From Eledone cirrhosa (Eukaryota): DNA of 64,000 nucleotides. The stretch is taken from NCBI GenBank assembly GCA_964016885.1, contig OZ024752.1:46500001-46564000 (forward strand), given 5' to 3'. Every line of letters starts with the position of its first letter. Positions within the stretch are counted from its first letter, which is position 1. Of the stretch, positions 32,318-47,074 are shown piece after piece. The position numbers and the translations under genes were made by a program. Below the pieces are notes generated by a model that did not search any database, was not told the origin of the DNA, and worked only from the letters and a program-made list of their open reading frames with translations.

Positions 32318-34734
32318 ATGTAAATGTGTGTGTATGTATGTATATATATATATATATATATATATACCTATGTAAATGTGTGTGTATATATATATATGTA
32401 TTTATATATACACACACAAACATACTCTAATATAACAGTAAAGCTATATATATATATATATTGTGTGTGTGTTTAAGTTCAATGTATCTTTAAAGAAACA
32501 TTTGCTCCTCTCTGATTCTATAAAAGACCTACTCTACTACTATGCACATTTTATATAGAAAAGAAAATAATAATAAAACAGCAACAACATATTTTGTCAT
32601 CATACACTTCGAAGTAACATATTTATATACTCCCATCAAATTGATAAAATAACTTTTTATATTCCCTTCCAAAACACACGGGTAGCATTGAAGGTGAAAA
32701 CATTTAGGGAAAAAGTCTCTCTCTCTCTCTCTCTCTTCGTTTTTTTTTTTTTTTTTTTTTTTTTCTAAACTTCTTCCATCTAGAAATGTTTAAAAAGCTG
32801 TAAAATGTTTCAAGTTTCTGAAGGAATTCAGTCCAATATCAGGAGGTTGGCACTGCAACTGAAAGTTTTCTTAAAACGTTTAAAAGAAAACAAAAGAAAA
32901 CAAAAAAAAAAACATTAAAAGAAACATTGAATATCAGAAAGATGTTCTTTGAAAAGCCACAAACGGAATCTATCTCTGGTTATGTTCTTTGAAAAGCTAA
33001 GCTAAGCTACAAACGGAATCTATCTCTGGTTATATTCATTTATCAAGGATCTAGACACAGTAACTACTGTTGTTAGGTCTGAAGTTGTTTAAGTTTTGTC
33101 ACATGTCATGAGATAACAGCAGCAGCAATAGCAGACGATAGGGGTGGGGAGGGGCTTGTACTGACCATTTTTCTAACTCTTCCAATTTTATCTCTCTTCT
33201 TTGACAAAAAACAGTAATTTTTATTTTTTTATTTTTAATCTGAAAATTTCTCAACATGCAAATCTCTCTCTCTCTCTTATATATCTGTCTGTCTAACCAT
33301 TTCTCTCTCTCTCTATATATATATATATAGGTCTATCTATCTCCATCTCTCCCTATATCAACACTATTAATATAAAATTGGTAAATAGTTTCTATCCAAA
33401 GGTTCTAGAGAGGACTTAGGTAAAATGAATCAGTGCTTATGTTGCCCAATTTGGTCAAACACTGCTTTAGTTTTATTTTGTAGTAACTAGTTGACTCTCG
33501 TATTCTTAACTTCAAATCTTACCAGAATCAGCCAACTTTTATTTTTACTTCTCCAGAGTTGATAAAATTAGTACCAGTAAGATATTGGGTCAACATCTAA
33601 TACTAGAAGTATTAGATATTTCCTAAGGCAAAATATATATATATATTTTTTTTTAAAGTCTAATTTAAAATCTTTTCTTGAACTATTAAGTCTCTCGTGG
33701 AGAGGTATGAACTTCACCACATCTTGTTCTCTTCCCCAGCATTAATATTGTTCAACACTGGTTACTGGAGGGCAGACTCACTAAGGTGCTATTGAGTTAT
33801 GTCCCTTACATTCTGACTTCATTTATCACTTGAGTCAATTTTCCATTTTATCTTTTTATTGGACAAAATGTCTTGAGCCATTTCTTCTTCTGAGTTAAAA
33901 TCTGACTTCAAATAAATACTTTGGAAGGGATCTGTTGTATACAGCAGAAGCACTATTTAACTGATGGTGGGGGAGTGAATCAACAGCTCCACCTAGCTTC
34001 TTTCCCTTGTTACACTATATGGCAGTCTTCAGAGGTGCATCTAACACATTGCCAACCATTCAAGAGTTAAAGAAACTATATATATACAGATTAAAGTTTA
34101 ACTTTATTTGCTCTACGTTTTTATATATATAATATATATATATATATATAATCCTTATCGAGCCCTCTTCAGATTTTAGTCTTCACATTTATTACCATAT
34201 ATATATATACACACACATACACGTTTCTGTCTGTGTGTTGTACTTTCTAAGGATAGGAAGAGGAAAACAGAATATCCCTGTAAAATCAAATTATTTGAGC
34301 TGCTCTGGGAAGAGAAAGGACTGAGAGAGAGAGACAGACTGTTGATCTATTAGTCTGAAAATTCTATGGTATAGATTTGAATTCAGGAATATATTGATAT
34401 ATTCCAATGTTCCAACTTGGAATTGTAGTAATTTCAGAGTTTCTTTTCCGGAAAAAAAAACACACACACACACACAAACCCCCCACCCCACAAAATAAAC
34501 ACCTAACCTGGTTGTTAAAAAGTGAAACCCCACTAATGCCACCACTATATTCTATATTGTCAAAGAACTTGGAATTACTTTTGTGGATTTGTTTCCACAA
34601 CTAATCAGTAAATTGTAATATTGGTCAACTGGTGCTGACTCTTAACTCTTTTGTTTCCATTTTTCTAATGAAAACCACTGCCTAGAAATTTCAATAAATT
34701 TTGAAAATATTCAAGAATTTGGAGAGACCTGGTA

Positions 34735-34773
<39 letters not shown>

Positions 34774-34777
34774 TATA

Positions 34778-34958
34778 GGAAAAAGTATGACCCGACGGCA
34801 GAGGTCAAGCCGTTTCGACGGCTATTTCCAGAAATAGCCGTCGAAACGGCTTGAGCTCTGCCGTCGGGGTCATACTTTTTCCTATTCCCCACTCTACTAC
34901 CCTAAGTATTGAGTACTCTGGTGCGTTATGGTCCATCTGGTTCCTTACAATTCCTTTG

Positions 34959-34960
<2 letters not shown>
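34778..34960 (+). mobile_element. Family B element in (TA)n, nested in a piggyBac-like MITE remnant
   Basis: Near-perfect ~52-bp arms centred on gacggctatttc-ca-gaaatagccgtc; same tail. Confidence 0.7.
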
Positions 34961-35002
<42 letters not shown>

Positions 35003-35723
35003 CTAACTTCCTCATTATTAAGCAGGTGTACAGCGGTGGATTGACAGAATTGGTAGAGCGTCGGACAACATGCTTTATGGTATTGAGTTACGTTCCTTTA
35101 CGTTCTGAGTCCAAATCCCGCCGAGGTTAGCTTTGCCTTTCATCCTTACAGGGTCGATAAAATAAAGTACCAGTAATGCCCTGGGGTCGATTTAATCGAC
35201 TTTCTCCTCCCCACGAAAATTCATTGGCCTTGTGCCTAAATCAGAAACTATTATTAAGCTGGTGTTTGGAACATAACTTAACAAAGGTTCTTACATAAAA
35301 TAATGATGTAGGGGGGGTTTTTTTTTGGGGGGGGGGTTGAAGATAAATTTTTAAAGTTTTGTATCAGAACCAGAACGAAGACCAGGAGTAATTTCAGGCA
35401 GTTTGGTATCAGAAGGGTTTTGTAGTTTTAGAATTTTACTACTAGCTATATAGCAGCAGCATTAGTACTGGTAGTCATAGTAGTAGTAGTACTTCTATCT
35501 CTCCACTTTTATCAAGTTGCCTCATTATTTATGCCAATTAGTAAATTTAGTGGTAATTAAACATTTTCCATTTGTCATAAAGTCATTGTACTCATTACTT
35601 CGTTAGTCTTACTAATTAGAATTTTTGTATACTAATGTAATTTGGGAGTGGAGAATAATCAAATTACCTGATTATGAATTTCTCTGTATAAATAGTATAT
35701 TTTGTAGAATGGTAGAAAACTGC

Positions 35724-35757
<34 letters not shown>

Positions 35758-35963
35758 TATATGTATATTTATATTTGTATATTTATATATATTCATATAT
35801 ATTTATATATATATATATATATATTTATATGTATATTTATATTTGTATATTTATATATATTTATGTATATTTATATATATATTTATATATATATTTATAT
35901 ATTTATATATTTATATATATATTTATATATATTTATATATATATTTATATATATTTATATATA

Positions 35964-36006
<43 letters not shown>

Positions 36007-36023
36007 TTATATATATATATATT

Positions 36024-36117
<94 letters not shown>

Positions 36118-36217
36118 TATTTATATATATATATATATTTATTTATATATATATATATTTATTTATATATATATATATTTATATTTATATGTATTTATAT
36201 TTATATGTATATATATT

Positions 36218-36300
<83 letters not shown>

Positions 36301-36325
36301 GTATATATATTTATATATTTATATT

Positions 36326-36394
<69 letters not shown>

Positions 36395-36533
36395 GTATAT
36401 ATATTTATATATATATATATTTATATATATATATTTATATATTTATATTTATTTATATATATATATTTATATTTATTTATATATATATATATTTATATAT
36501 ATATTTATATATATATTTATATTTATATATATT

Positions 36534-36564
<31 letters not shown>

Positions 36565-36620
36565 ATTTATATATATTTATATATATATATATATATATTT
36601 ATATACATATATATTTATAT
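35724..36620. repeat. ~900-bp AT-only (TA/TTTA) low-complexity tract
   Basis: Source of the YI-repeat ORFs. Confidence 0.95.
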
Positions 36621-36939
36621 TTTTTTGGCTTTATTTCTAAAATTCATATAAAAAAAAAATCCATTAAAATTTTTGTTTTAATGAAATTATTTCTATACAA
36701 TATTTAAAAAGCATTATTTAGAGTTTTTATATTCATCATCATCGTCAATATTATAACTATCATTATCATCACCATTTTATGTCCTTGCTCCACATTGGAT
36801 AGAGTTGGACAGGTTGTCTGTCACCTTCTGGGACTAAATAGAACTGGTGACCCATGTCTTGCTCATATGTTCCAGTTGTTAAGTATGGTGTCTTCAGCTG
36901 GATGCCCTTCCTATGGCCAACCACTTTACAATGTGTTCT

Positions 36940-37380
36940 TGGCTGGGTGCATTTTATTGTGATACAATCACTACCACTTTATAGAGCGGGCTGGGTGCAT
37001 TTTATCATGACACCAATGCTACCACTTTATAGAGCGGGCTGGGTGCATTTTATCGTGACACCAATACTACCACTTTATAGAGCGGGCTGGGTGCATTTTA
37101 TCATGACACCAATGCTACCACTTTATAGAGCGGGCTGGGTGCATTTTATCGTGACACCAATACTACCACTTTATAGAGCGGGCTGGGTGCATTTTATCGT
37201 GACACCAATACTACCACTTTATAGAGCGGGCTGGGTGCATTTTATCGTGACACCAATACTACCACTTTATAGAGCGGGCTGGGTGCATTTTATCATGACA
37301 CCAATACTACCACTTTATAGAGCGGGCTGGGTGCATTTTATCATGACACCAATGCTACTACATTGAATGGGCTGGGTGTG
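36940..37380 (+). repeat. 48-bp satellite (about 9 copies); related arrays at 24090-24430, 53440-53715 and 63790-64000
   Basis: Unit gctgggtgcattttatcrtgacaccaatrctaccactttatagagcgg. Confidence 0.9.
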
Positions 37381-39253
37381 CCATCATGGAAGACACCAGC
37401 ACCACCACCACCTGCAGAATATTCTGGATGCATTCCAGTGTGGCATTAACACTAGTGATATTATTAGCATCATCATCATTATTATTATTTAAATAGTTAT
37501 TTCATGAAAGAATGGCCGATGTATGAATTGGTTTGTTTATGAGGAATCTGTACTGTTGAGAATGTGAGCAAGTTTGAACATCAAGTTGTGTATTGATGCT
37601 AAAATGTTGATCCCTGTGGAATATCTGATGAAAAAAAAAAAAACAACTTTAAAAATCAATCATATTTGTGTATGTATTGATCTGTTTTCAAAAAAAAAAA
37701 ACAAAAAAAAAAGAAAGAAAAAAAAGAAAAAAGTATCAAATCTCCTCTCACCAGTTCTTAGAAATTACCAAGATTTTTACACCTGGAATAAATAAATATC
37801 ACCTGTAACGGTATTTGTCAGGACTCAGACTTTTTACGCCCAAGTTTTTGAGGTGCGTTTTATGAAACACTTAAAGCTTATTTAAAAAGAAATTTTTCAA
37901 AAAAAAATCCTATGAAAAAACATAACTTTTACAAAAAGATTCTCTCCCAGTCCCACCCAACCCTTTTTTTAAAGTTTTTTTTTCTCTCTCTCTTGCTCTC
38001 TCTTCATTTCCCAGTCTCCCTCAAAATCTCGAAACAATATTTCTGTTAAAATATTGTTTGGTGGGGGGGGAAAAAAAATGTATTTTTTTTTTCATTTTTA
38101 TTGATTTAATTTAAAACAGATCTATTTTTTATTTTATATATTTTTTGTTATTTTTTAACAGTTAATTTAAAATAACTTTTGTATGGAAACTTCTGGAAAT
38201 TTCAAAAATATATCTCCCAAATTAGATGTAGTTGACAAAGATTCCACCCCACCACCCACTCACCCTTACCCCACCCGAAACTAAATCAACTTCTCTGCAC
38301 ATTTGAGTTGTATGCTTGTTTTATAGGTCTGTGTAACACTGAATAAATGACTTCTTAAACTCTTTACTTCAAAGTTCTACCAATATTATCTGCTGTTTTA
38401 AGGAGCTGGTAGTATTGGTCAAACTTCAAATAAAGAGTCTGTTAAAATCAGAAATGGAGGGGAGGGGTAGATTGGCAAGAATCGTTAGTCTTGGACAAAA
38501 TTTATGACATTCGTTTTGGTTCTTTAGGTTCTGAGTTCAAAAACGGAAGAGGTCAACTTCGCCTTCCTGGTTGATAAAGTACCAGTCATGTCTGGGGGGT
38601 TGACTTAATTGATTTTCTCCTACTGCGAATTGGCAGTCATTAAGACGTTGGATAGAATGCTTTACGGTATTCATCCCACATCATTTTGTGCTCTGAGTTC
38701 AAATCCCACTGTGGTCAACTTTGCCTTTTATCCTTTCGAGGTCGATAAAAAAAAAAAGTACCAGTCCATTGCTGACTTGTACTTAAATTAGAAACTACTA
38801 AACCCTTTCATGAGCATATTTCTAATGAGGTACACTTATTTCAATTAATTAATCGAGTATTTTGAGTGATTTACTAAAAATTATTAATTACTTTGTTATT
38901 AATATAGTATTTATAACATATGGTTCTTAAATCAAAATCTTCCAACATAGTTTTATATAAATAGAAACCCTCCAAACCAAATATAGACATTTAAAAAAAA
39001 AAAACAGCTTTATATAATAGATCTAAGGGTGGGATGGTATCAAAAGGGTAAACAACTTCACCACCACCCGTCGAAATCTCTTCAGGTAGCCTTGATTGAC
39101 TGCTTGTCATAATTGTCATATGACCCTATAAACATACAGGTGAAACAGCAAACTAACAGGACACTGACTTGATATTAATAAAACTGTGTTTGAATTATAT
39201 ATATATATATATACACACACATACATAATTTATACACGCACATATATACATGC

Positions 39254-39328
<75 letters not shown>

Positions 39329-39669
39329 CTATATATGTATGGCCATTAATGTTTAAACCTTGAATGATCACAATATGTTTAAGTAGTATAAATTTTATTT
39401 TCTGAGTAGAAAAATTTCAGTGACTTTGAAGTTTAAGTTTTGTCACTTTAACTATGGTATGGTATTCTATGGTTCCATAACTCCTGGCGTGGTATGGCAT
39501 TTCTTGGACATCTTTAGCTATACTGTAACTTAGACAATTCCCATCTAGTCCCCTACATTTGGTTCCAGTCCATATAGTAAAAACGGAAGGAAATAATATA
39601 TATTACAAAATGTAATTTGTTAGAATTTTTACAAACTGGAGAGAAAGTGTGCAAACCACATTAAATTCT

Positions 39670-40245
39670 TTAACCCATTAGCATTTAAACTGGCCATATC
39701 TGACTAGAATTCTCTCACCTCTTTCTGTTCAAACCAGCCATATCTGACTAGAATTCTCTCACCTCTTTCTGTTCAAACCAGCCATATCTGACTAGAATTC
39801 TCTCACCTCTTTCTGTTCAAACTGGCCATATCTGACCAGAATTCTCTCACCTCTTTCTGTTCAAACTGGCCATATCTGACCAGAATTCTCTCACCTCTTT
39901 CTGTTCAAACTGGCCATATCTGACCAGAATTCTCTCACCTCTTTCTGTTCAAACTGGCCATATCTGACCAGAATTCTCTCACCTCTTTCTGTTCAAACTG
40001 GCCATAACTGACCAGAATTCTCTCACCTCTTTCTGTTCAAACTGGCCATATCTGACCAGAATTCTCTCACCTCTTTCTGTTCAAACTGGCCATAACTGGC
40101 TGCTTATATTTATATTAAGGTATTGTAATCAAAATAAATATCAAAATTTCATAGATTCAATATTATGTGAGGTAATTATGATATAAACCCTTTATTATGA
40201 AAATATAATAGTAAATATAGAATAATGTAAATGCTAAAGGGTTAA
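39670..40245. mobile_element. Same MITE with an internal 44-bp tandem expansion (9 copies, 39687-40100)
   Basis: TTAA at both ends; unit aaactggccatatctgaccagaattctctcacctctttctgttc. Confidence 0.8.
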
Positions 40246-40715
40246 GTTAGAGTAAATTTATTACTTTTTTTTTTTTACTTCCAATTATTTCAAAAACATC
40301 TGGTTTTCTAATTTTGTCCCCAGACTTCTGAGATTTCCAGAACTAAATACCAATCTTTGTAGAAATGGTTTAATGACAACACTTCTCCATTTAGTATTTG
40401 CTCCGTCAATTTTGGTAAAACATTCTCAACTTCATGTCAAACATTTTTGATTTGTTTATATATACATATATATATATATTTATTTTTATTTTATTTAATT
40501 TTTTAAATGGTTCAATAATACATCATTATTATTTTTATTATTATTTAAATCTGCCTTTTGTTTTGAAATGGTTCAGTTTGATAGTTTTTAAGTTTGTTTA
40601 AATTTTATATCTTTCATCTCATAATCTCGCTGATATTTTTCTCACACTTCCTTGCAAGTTAGCGAGAAATCTGTGAATGTTTCACATCCTAACAGATGAG
40701 GTTCTTTAGAATCAT

Positions 40716-40767
<52 letters not shown>

Positions 40768-42002
40768 GAGGAAAATTTGGTAAAACAATGCATATATTCA
40801 CATGCAATTAAACAATGATATTCCCATTGCTCTTTAAACTTTTTTGTTACCATATTTCTAATGAAAGACACTGCCTATGATTTTGAAATAATTTTGAAAA
40901 TAGTAAAGAATTTGGAGCGATTTAGTAATATGACTAACTTTCTCGTTATTAAGTTAGTGTTTGGAATATAACCCAACAAAGGTTCACATATAGAATTATG
41001 ATGGAAAGTTTTTAGATAAACATAAACACTTTAACCTTTTTGTTACTATATTTCTAATGAAAGACTGCCAGTGGTTTTTAAATAATTTTGAAAATAATCA
41101 AGAATTTTGGATGGATTTAGTAATAGAACTAACCTCATTATTAAGCATGTTTGGAACATAACTTAAAGGAAGTGTCTCACTTTAAAATATAGTTTTGTTC
41201 TTCAAATCCAAGAATGCTTTCAAAGTAGTCTTGGTATAAAAAGGGTTAATTTCTGAGGTACTGAAGGACTGATAACCAAAAAGTCTCTAGTTTGAATCTT
41301 GTCGGTAATACTATCCTAAGTATGGATCGGTCCATTGTATTTAAAGGGTTAAAATAATCTGATTTTTTAAAAGCAGCAATAATTATTTTGTATAATGCAG
41401 AAATAATTTTTCAAAGTAAATCTTCAACTCTCCATATCTGCCCACCCAACCAAAATAATGAAGTTTCCTACATCAAGATTTAGAATATTTCTAAGGATGT
41501 TTATTTTACAATTATGCTGTAACTAGAATTTGAAACCCTCACCTAAAGCTTCATTCAAATGACCTCCTCAATCACATTTAACTTCTATTTAATAACCCAA
41601 TACAGAAGCTAGAAATAACAGTCAAATTTAATCATCTTAAAATGGGAGGTTACATTGTTATAATGTGATCCTATATTGAAGTAATAATGGGATGGTCACA
41701 TCTAGAAGGCCTTTGAGTATAGGACCGTTCAGAGCTGATCTGGGGATATACAGCAGTTATAAACTAAAGATAACAATAACTAATCTACCAGTGGGTTCTC
41801 CCTGTGACCCCTTTTATCCCTCCCACTACAACTACTTAATTCCAGATTGTTATACAATGATAATAATTAAAAGAGAGAAATGTTTCCATTTAAAGAAGAA
41901 TGATACCCAATGGTCTAGAAATTGTTTATAACAAAGTACTCGGAAACTTGAACTTAGCTGGGCCCCCTGGTACTATTTTTGTGTGTGTCCCCTCCTAAGT
42001 TG

Positions 42003-42310
42003 GGAATTTCTGCTGTATATAAAGCCTAAAGGTATTTGAAGGGAATTTCTGCTTTATATGAAGCCTAAAGATATTTAAAGAGAATCCCTGCTCTATATGA
42101 AGCCTAAAGATATTTAAAGGGAATCCCTGCTCTATATGAATCCTAAAGATATGTGAAGGGAAGCACCTGCTCTATATGAAGCCTAAAGATATTTAAAGGG
42201 AATCCCTGCTCTATATGAATCCTAAAGATATGTGAAGGGAAGCACCTGCTTAATATGTAACCTAAAGATATTTAAAGGGAATCCCTGCTCTATATGAAGT
42301 CTAAAGCTAT
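42003..42310 (+). repeat. 39/40-bp tandem repeat
   Basis: ctgctctatatgaagcctaaagatatttaaagggaatcc. Confidence 0.85.
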
Positions 42311-42384
42311 GTCAGTGCCAACATAATAGAGGGTTGGGAATATGTTTGTGGTACACCATTATTGTCATATGTATTAGGTCTAAA

Positions 42385-42415
<31 letters not shown>

Positions 42416-42961
42416 ATACATATATATAATACTTTAGGAAGGTCATTTTGTGAATAAAAACGTTTTTATTTTTTTTTTATTTTTATTGGCAATGTGACCC
42501 TCCTAAAGTATAACATGTTTCAACACATGATTTTACATCACGAATCTTGCAAAACAAAAATGAAATGTGTATAATATATATGTATATGTGTGTGTGTGTG
42601 CGACACTATATCCTTTCAAGTAATGGTTCCAGCTAGATGTGTATAAAAGTTGACTTTTTATTTAATTTTTTTTTTTTATTTCCCATTATTTCACTCATCC
42701 TGAAGAACAATTATACAAAACAAACGGCAACAAATATGAAAACCAGTAAGATAGGTTGCTATTTAATGTCTCACCATGTCCCTGCCATATCGCCCCTCCT
42801 CTCCCTGTCTTTTCAACCCCACCACCCTTCCAATAGCAAGGAAAGCTGTAGAGAACGTCCACACTAAGCGGACATGTTGGAGGTGCCTCACTCTTAGATG
42901 TGTTGGAGATGCCTCTATACTAAGCAGACATGTTGGAGGTGTCTGCTCTTTGATTTTATAT

Positions 42962-43011
<50 letters not shown>

Positions 43012-43069
43012 ATTTTGTTACAGGAAAAATAAGCAATAAAAAAAAAGCTGTATGTAAGGATTATACATT

Positions 43070-43812
43070 GTGTGGTCAGTAGTGGAATGACTGACCACTT
43101 CCAGCATTGGTCTAATTTCTGTATGGTGTGTATGGTGAGGTGGGATGACTGTCTAACTTCTTCCAGCATTGGTCTAATATGTATGTGGTCAGTCGTGTGA
43201 GGTGACTGTCTGAGTAGTGGTCAGATATATGTGGTGTGATGTGGTCAGTGGTGTGAGGTGACTGTCTGACCACTTCCAGTAGTGGTCAGATATATATGTG
43301 GTGTGAGGTGACTGTCTGACCACTTCCAGTAGTAGTCAGATATATATGTGGTGTGAGGTGACTGTCTGACCACTTCCAGTAGTAGTCAGATATATATGTG
43401 GTGTGAGGTGACTGTCTGACCACTTCCAGTAGTAGTCAGATATATATGTGGTGTGATGTGGTCAGTGGTGTGAGGTGACTGTCTGACCACTTCCAGTAGT
43501 GGTCAGATATATATGTGGTGTGAGGTGACTGTCTGACCACTTCCAGCATTTGTCTAGTGTCTGTGAATGTACGTATGTCTGTCGATCAATGTGTGAGGCT
43601 ATTGTGTGTATATATGTATGAGTGTAAGTAATGCTGTCATGTATATGTATGAGTGTAAGTAATGCTGTCATGTATATGTATGAGTGTAAGTAATGCTATC
43701 ATGTATATGTATGAGTGTAAGTAATGCTATCATGTATATGTATGAGTGTAAGTAATGCTATCATGTATATGTATGAGTGTAAGTAATGCTATCATGTATA
43801 TGTATGAGTGTG
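43070..43812 (+). repeat. ~50-bp tandem repeat followed by a 31-bp tandem repeat
   Basis: gtgaggtgactgtctgaccacttccagtagt... and atgtatatgtatgagtgtaagtaatgctatc. Confidence 0.85.
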
Positions 43813-44181
43813 TTCCTCATTTTAACTGCTGTAAATACAAAGGAAGTTAGACTCTTTTTTTTAATTTATTTTTATTTTTTATTATTTTTTTTTTTTTTTT
43901 GCATTCAATGAAAACTTTCTAATTTAAATGTTTAAAAGAAACCCAGTGATGTCCATATTGGTTTCTTTGGAGGTTTGATTCTCCTCTAAAAGTCTGCCAT
44001 TGGACACTAAATCTCTATTAAAGATAGAAAATAACAAATTGTAGAATTTCAATGAAAATGGACAAAAAAAGAAAAACAAACAAAAATATGTCTGAATTTT
44101 TTTTAGATATTAAAAAGATAAAATGAAAAGCCAGACAAAGTCTTGTTTTATTTTTGTTGTTTCTTATATTTGTATGTTTTA

Positions 44182-44540
44182 TAATAATAATGAAATTATT
44201 GTGTACAGTGCTCAGGTGCACTACAACTCATCAAAGGTGCATGTATAGTACATAGAATAATGTACAAATGTCAGGAAAATGAACAGTGTATGAGTCATAT
44301 ACATGTGTGCGTGTGTATGGAGGGGGAATATCAAGTGTAGTGTTGGCGAACTCAGGAAGCATGGAGGTTTTAAAAGATGCAGTGTCTTGACAGCTCACAA
44401 CTGATGCAGGTAGTTTGTTCCATGGAGGTTTTAAAGGATGCAGTGTCTCGACAGCTCACAACTGATGCAGGTAGTTTGTTCCATGGAGGTTTTAAAGGAT
44501 GCAGTGTCTCGACAGCTAACAACTGATGCAGGTAGTTTGT
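44182..44540 (-). mobile_element. Same CR1-type 3' end with about three 61-bp units
   Basis: Reverse complement of the 7440-7810 region; shorter fragments near 27230-27310 and 62705-62760. Confidence 0.75.
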
Positions 44541-45434
44541 TTTATTGTGAAGGGGCATGGCTTACTGGTTAGAGTATCAGATTCACAATTGTGAGGTTGT
44601 GAGTTTGATTCCCAAACCAGGTGATATGTCTTTAAGATACTTTGTCCTATCCATGCTAGCGTTGAAGACGGACATTAAACGATGATGATGATGTCTTTAT
44701 TTCAAGTTGCTCCAGTTCACTCAGCTGTATAGGGTGGACTGAGTTGTAACATCTCTAGTGCCAAGCTTTATCAGCCTTTGCCATTCCCTTCAACAACATC
44801 ATGTATATGTTGTGACATCACTGGTGCCAAGCTGTATCGGCCATTGCCATACCCTTGGACAACATTAGTGGCATGGAGGGGAAGACTGGTTTGCATGGGT
44901 GACTGTTGTTGATCTTCCACAAAAACACCTTGCCCAGGCTTGTGCCTCAGGGGGGAACTTTTTAGATTGCAAATCCCATGGTAATTTGTGACTGAAGGTT
45001 TTTTGGGGGGGGTTATCAAGGGAAACAAGGAATTGGGCAAACTCTACTGGACAGTATGTATCAGGTGTGCCCTATAGAAAAGATGACAGAAGAATTGTTG
45101 TGGAGAACAGCCAGAGATACTCAATTAGGCATTCCATTTCACTGGGTTCCTTCCTTAGGCAGGATGCACTCCTTCCAAATTTACAAAGAAATATATGAAC
45201 CTGAGGGACCAAGGACATCAAAGATCTCAATGGTAACCTGCACAAAAAAGCAGTTGGTCAGATCCTGGTATTTGGTTATCTTCCACTTCCGTGTGTTGTG
45301 ACCAAAACAATGTATACAATGGAGCTAGATTAAGAAAATGTTGGAGAAGGTTCACAGAACTACTACCTCCATTAACAACAAAAAGGTGGTCTCTACAAGT
45401 AAAAGTTAAATTGTATGATACCTGCATGTGAAAT

Positions 45435-45628
45435 AATAATTGTTTCTACTTTTGTCACAAGGCCAGCAAATACCCAGTGCATTACTGGTACTTTATTTTA
45501 TCGACCCCCGTAAGGATGAAAGGCAAAGTCAACCTCGGCGGGATTTGAACTCAGATCGTAAAGGGACGTAACTCTGTGCTACAAAGCATGGCGTCCGACC
45601 CTCTACCGATACTGCCAATCCACCGCCA
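45435..45628 (-). mobile_element. Same SINE, full length, flanked by a gcatgtgaaataat duplication
   Basis: Reverse complement of 1226-1415. Confidence 0.8.
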
Positions 45629-45907
45629 TTGCATGTGAAATAATAATGTTTCTGATTTAGGCACAAGGCCAGCAATTCACCAGTGCATTACTGGTACTTT
45701 ATTTTATCGATCCCCGTGAGGATGGAAGGCAAAGTTAACCTCAGTGGGATTTGAACTCAGAACGTAAAGGGCCATAACTCTATGCATGTGAAATAACAAG
45801 ATGTGGGTGGTGAGGTGATGACAGCAGAAGATACATGAAGGCTGGAGAGATATGGAGTATACTTCAATAGATGTGTAATATTTGTGTATGAATGTCACAG
45901 CACAGTT

Positions 45908-46405
45908 GAGGCTGCATTAGCCACCCAACGTGCTAGAAATAGCAGCTAAAGCACTCGGCGATAAACTACAGCAATGGAGGCTGCATTAGCCACCTTACAT
46001 ACTAGAAATAGCAGCCAAATCTCCCAGCGATGAACAACAGCAATGGAGGCTGCATTAGCCACCCAACGTGCTAGAAATAGCAGCCAAATCTCCTGGCGAT
46101 GAACAACAGCAATGGAGGCTGCATTAGCCACCCAAGTTGCTAGAAATAACAGCCAAATCTCCTGGCGATGAACAACCGCAGTGGAGGCTGCATTAGCCAC
46201 ACAACGTGTTAAAAATAGCAGCCAAATCTCCCATCGATAAACAACGGGATGGAGGTTGCATTAGCCACCCAACATGCTAGAAATAGCAGCCAAAACTCTC
46301 GGCGATAAACAACAGAAATAGCAACCAAATCTCCCGTAGAGGTTATATATGGTCATCCTGTTTGCTAGAAATAACAGTCAAGTCTCTCGGTGGTGAACAA
46401 CAGCA
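45908..46405 (+). repeat. 69-bp tandem repeat, about 6 copies
   Basis: gaggctgcattagccacccaacgtgctagaaatagcagccaaatctcc... Confidence 0.85.
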
Positions 46406-47074
46406 GTGGGGTAGGCTGAAATTGTTACAAACAGAAATTTCCCTTAAAAAGCACCATTAAAGAAAGAAAAGAGATTCTGCATAAAGTAGTCTCCCTGATT
46501 TCTTTAAAAAGACGAGATGACAACGGTTGGAATGCCATTAAACCCTTTAGCATTTAAACCGGCCGTATCCGGCAAGAATACTCTCACCTCTTTCTGTTCA
46601 AACCGGCTGTAACCAGCCACTCATACTGATGTTAAGATATTGGGTATTGTTCTCAAAATAAATAATATCATAGATTCGATATTATGTGAGGTAAAGCCTT
46701 TGCCACAAAAATACAATAGCAAATATGGAGTAATGTAAATGTTAAAGGGTTAATACAACATGACCCTCTCTAAATAAACCAATATCTGTTTCGACACACG
46801 ACTTCATATAAAAAAAACATTGCAAAATAAATAATTGTTTCTACTTTTGGCACAAGGCCAGCAATTTTCCAGTGTATTACTGGTACTTTATTTTATCGAC
46901 CCCGTAAGGATGAAAGGCAAAGTTAACCTCGGCGGGATTTGAACTCAGAATGGCAAGGGCCGTAACTCTATGCGTGCAAAATAAATAATAATAAATAAAT
47001 ATATATATATTTTTTTATTCGTAATTCTTACAGAATGAAAATATGCATACAAATAATTATATTCAATACATAAT

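Noticed and set aside
34100-34180. Minus-strand CTGAAGA with a downstream AAACGTA and AATAAA
   Set aside because: Interrupted by (TA)n, GAAA absent and no stem I.
31842-38350. SIK 3' UTR end
   Set aside because: Several AATAAA candidates in AT-rich sequence; cannot choose without transcript data.
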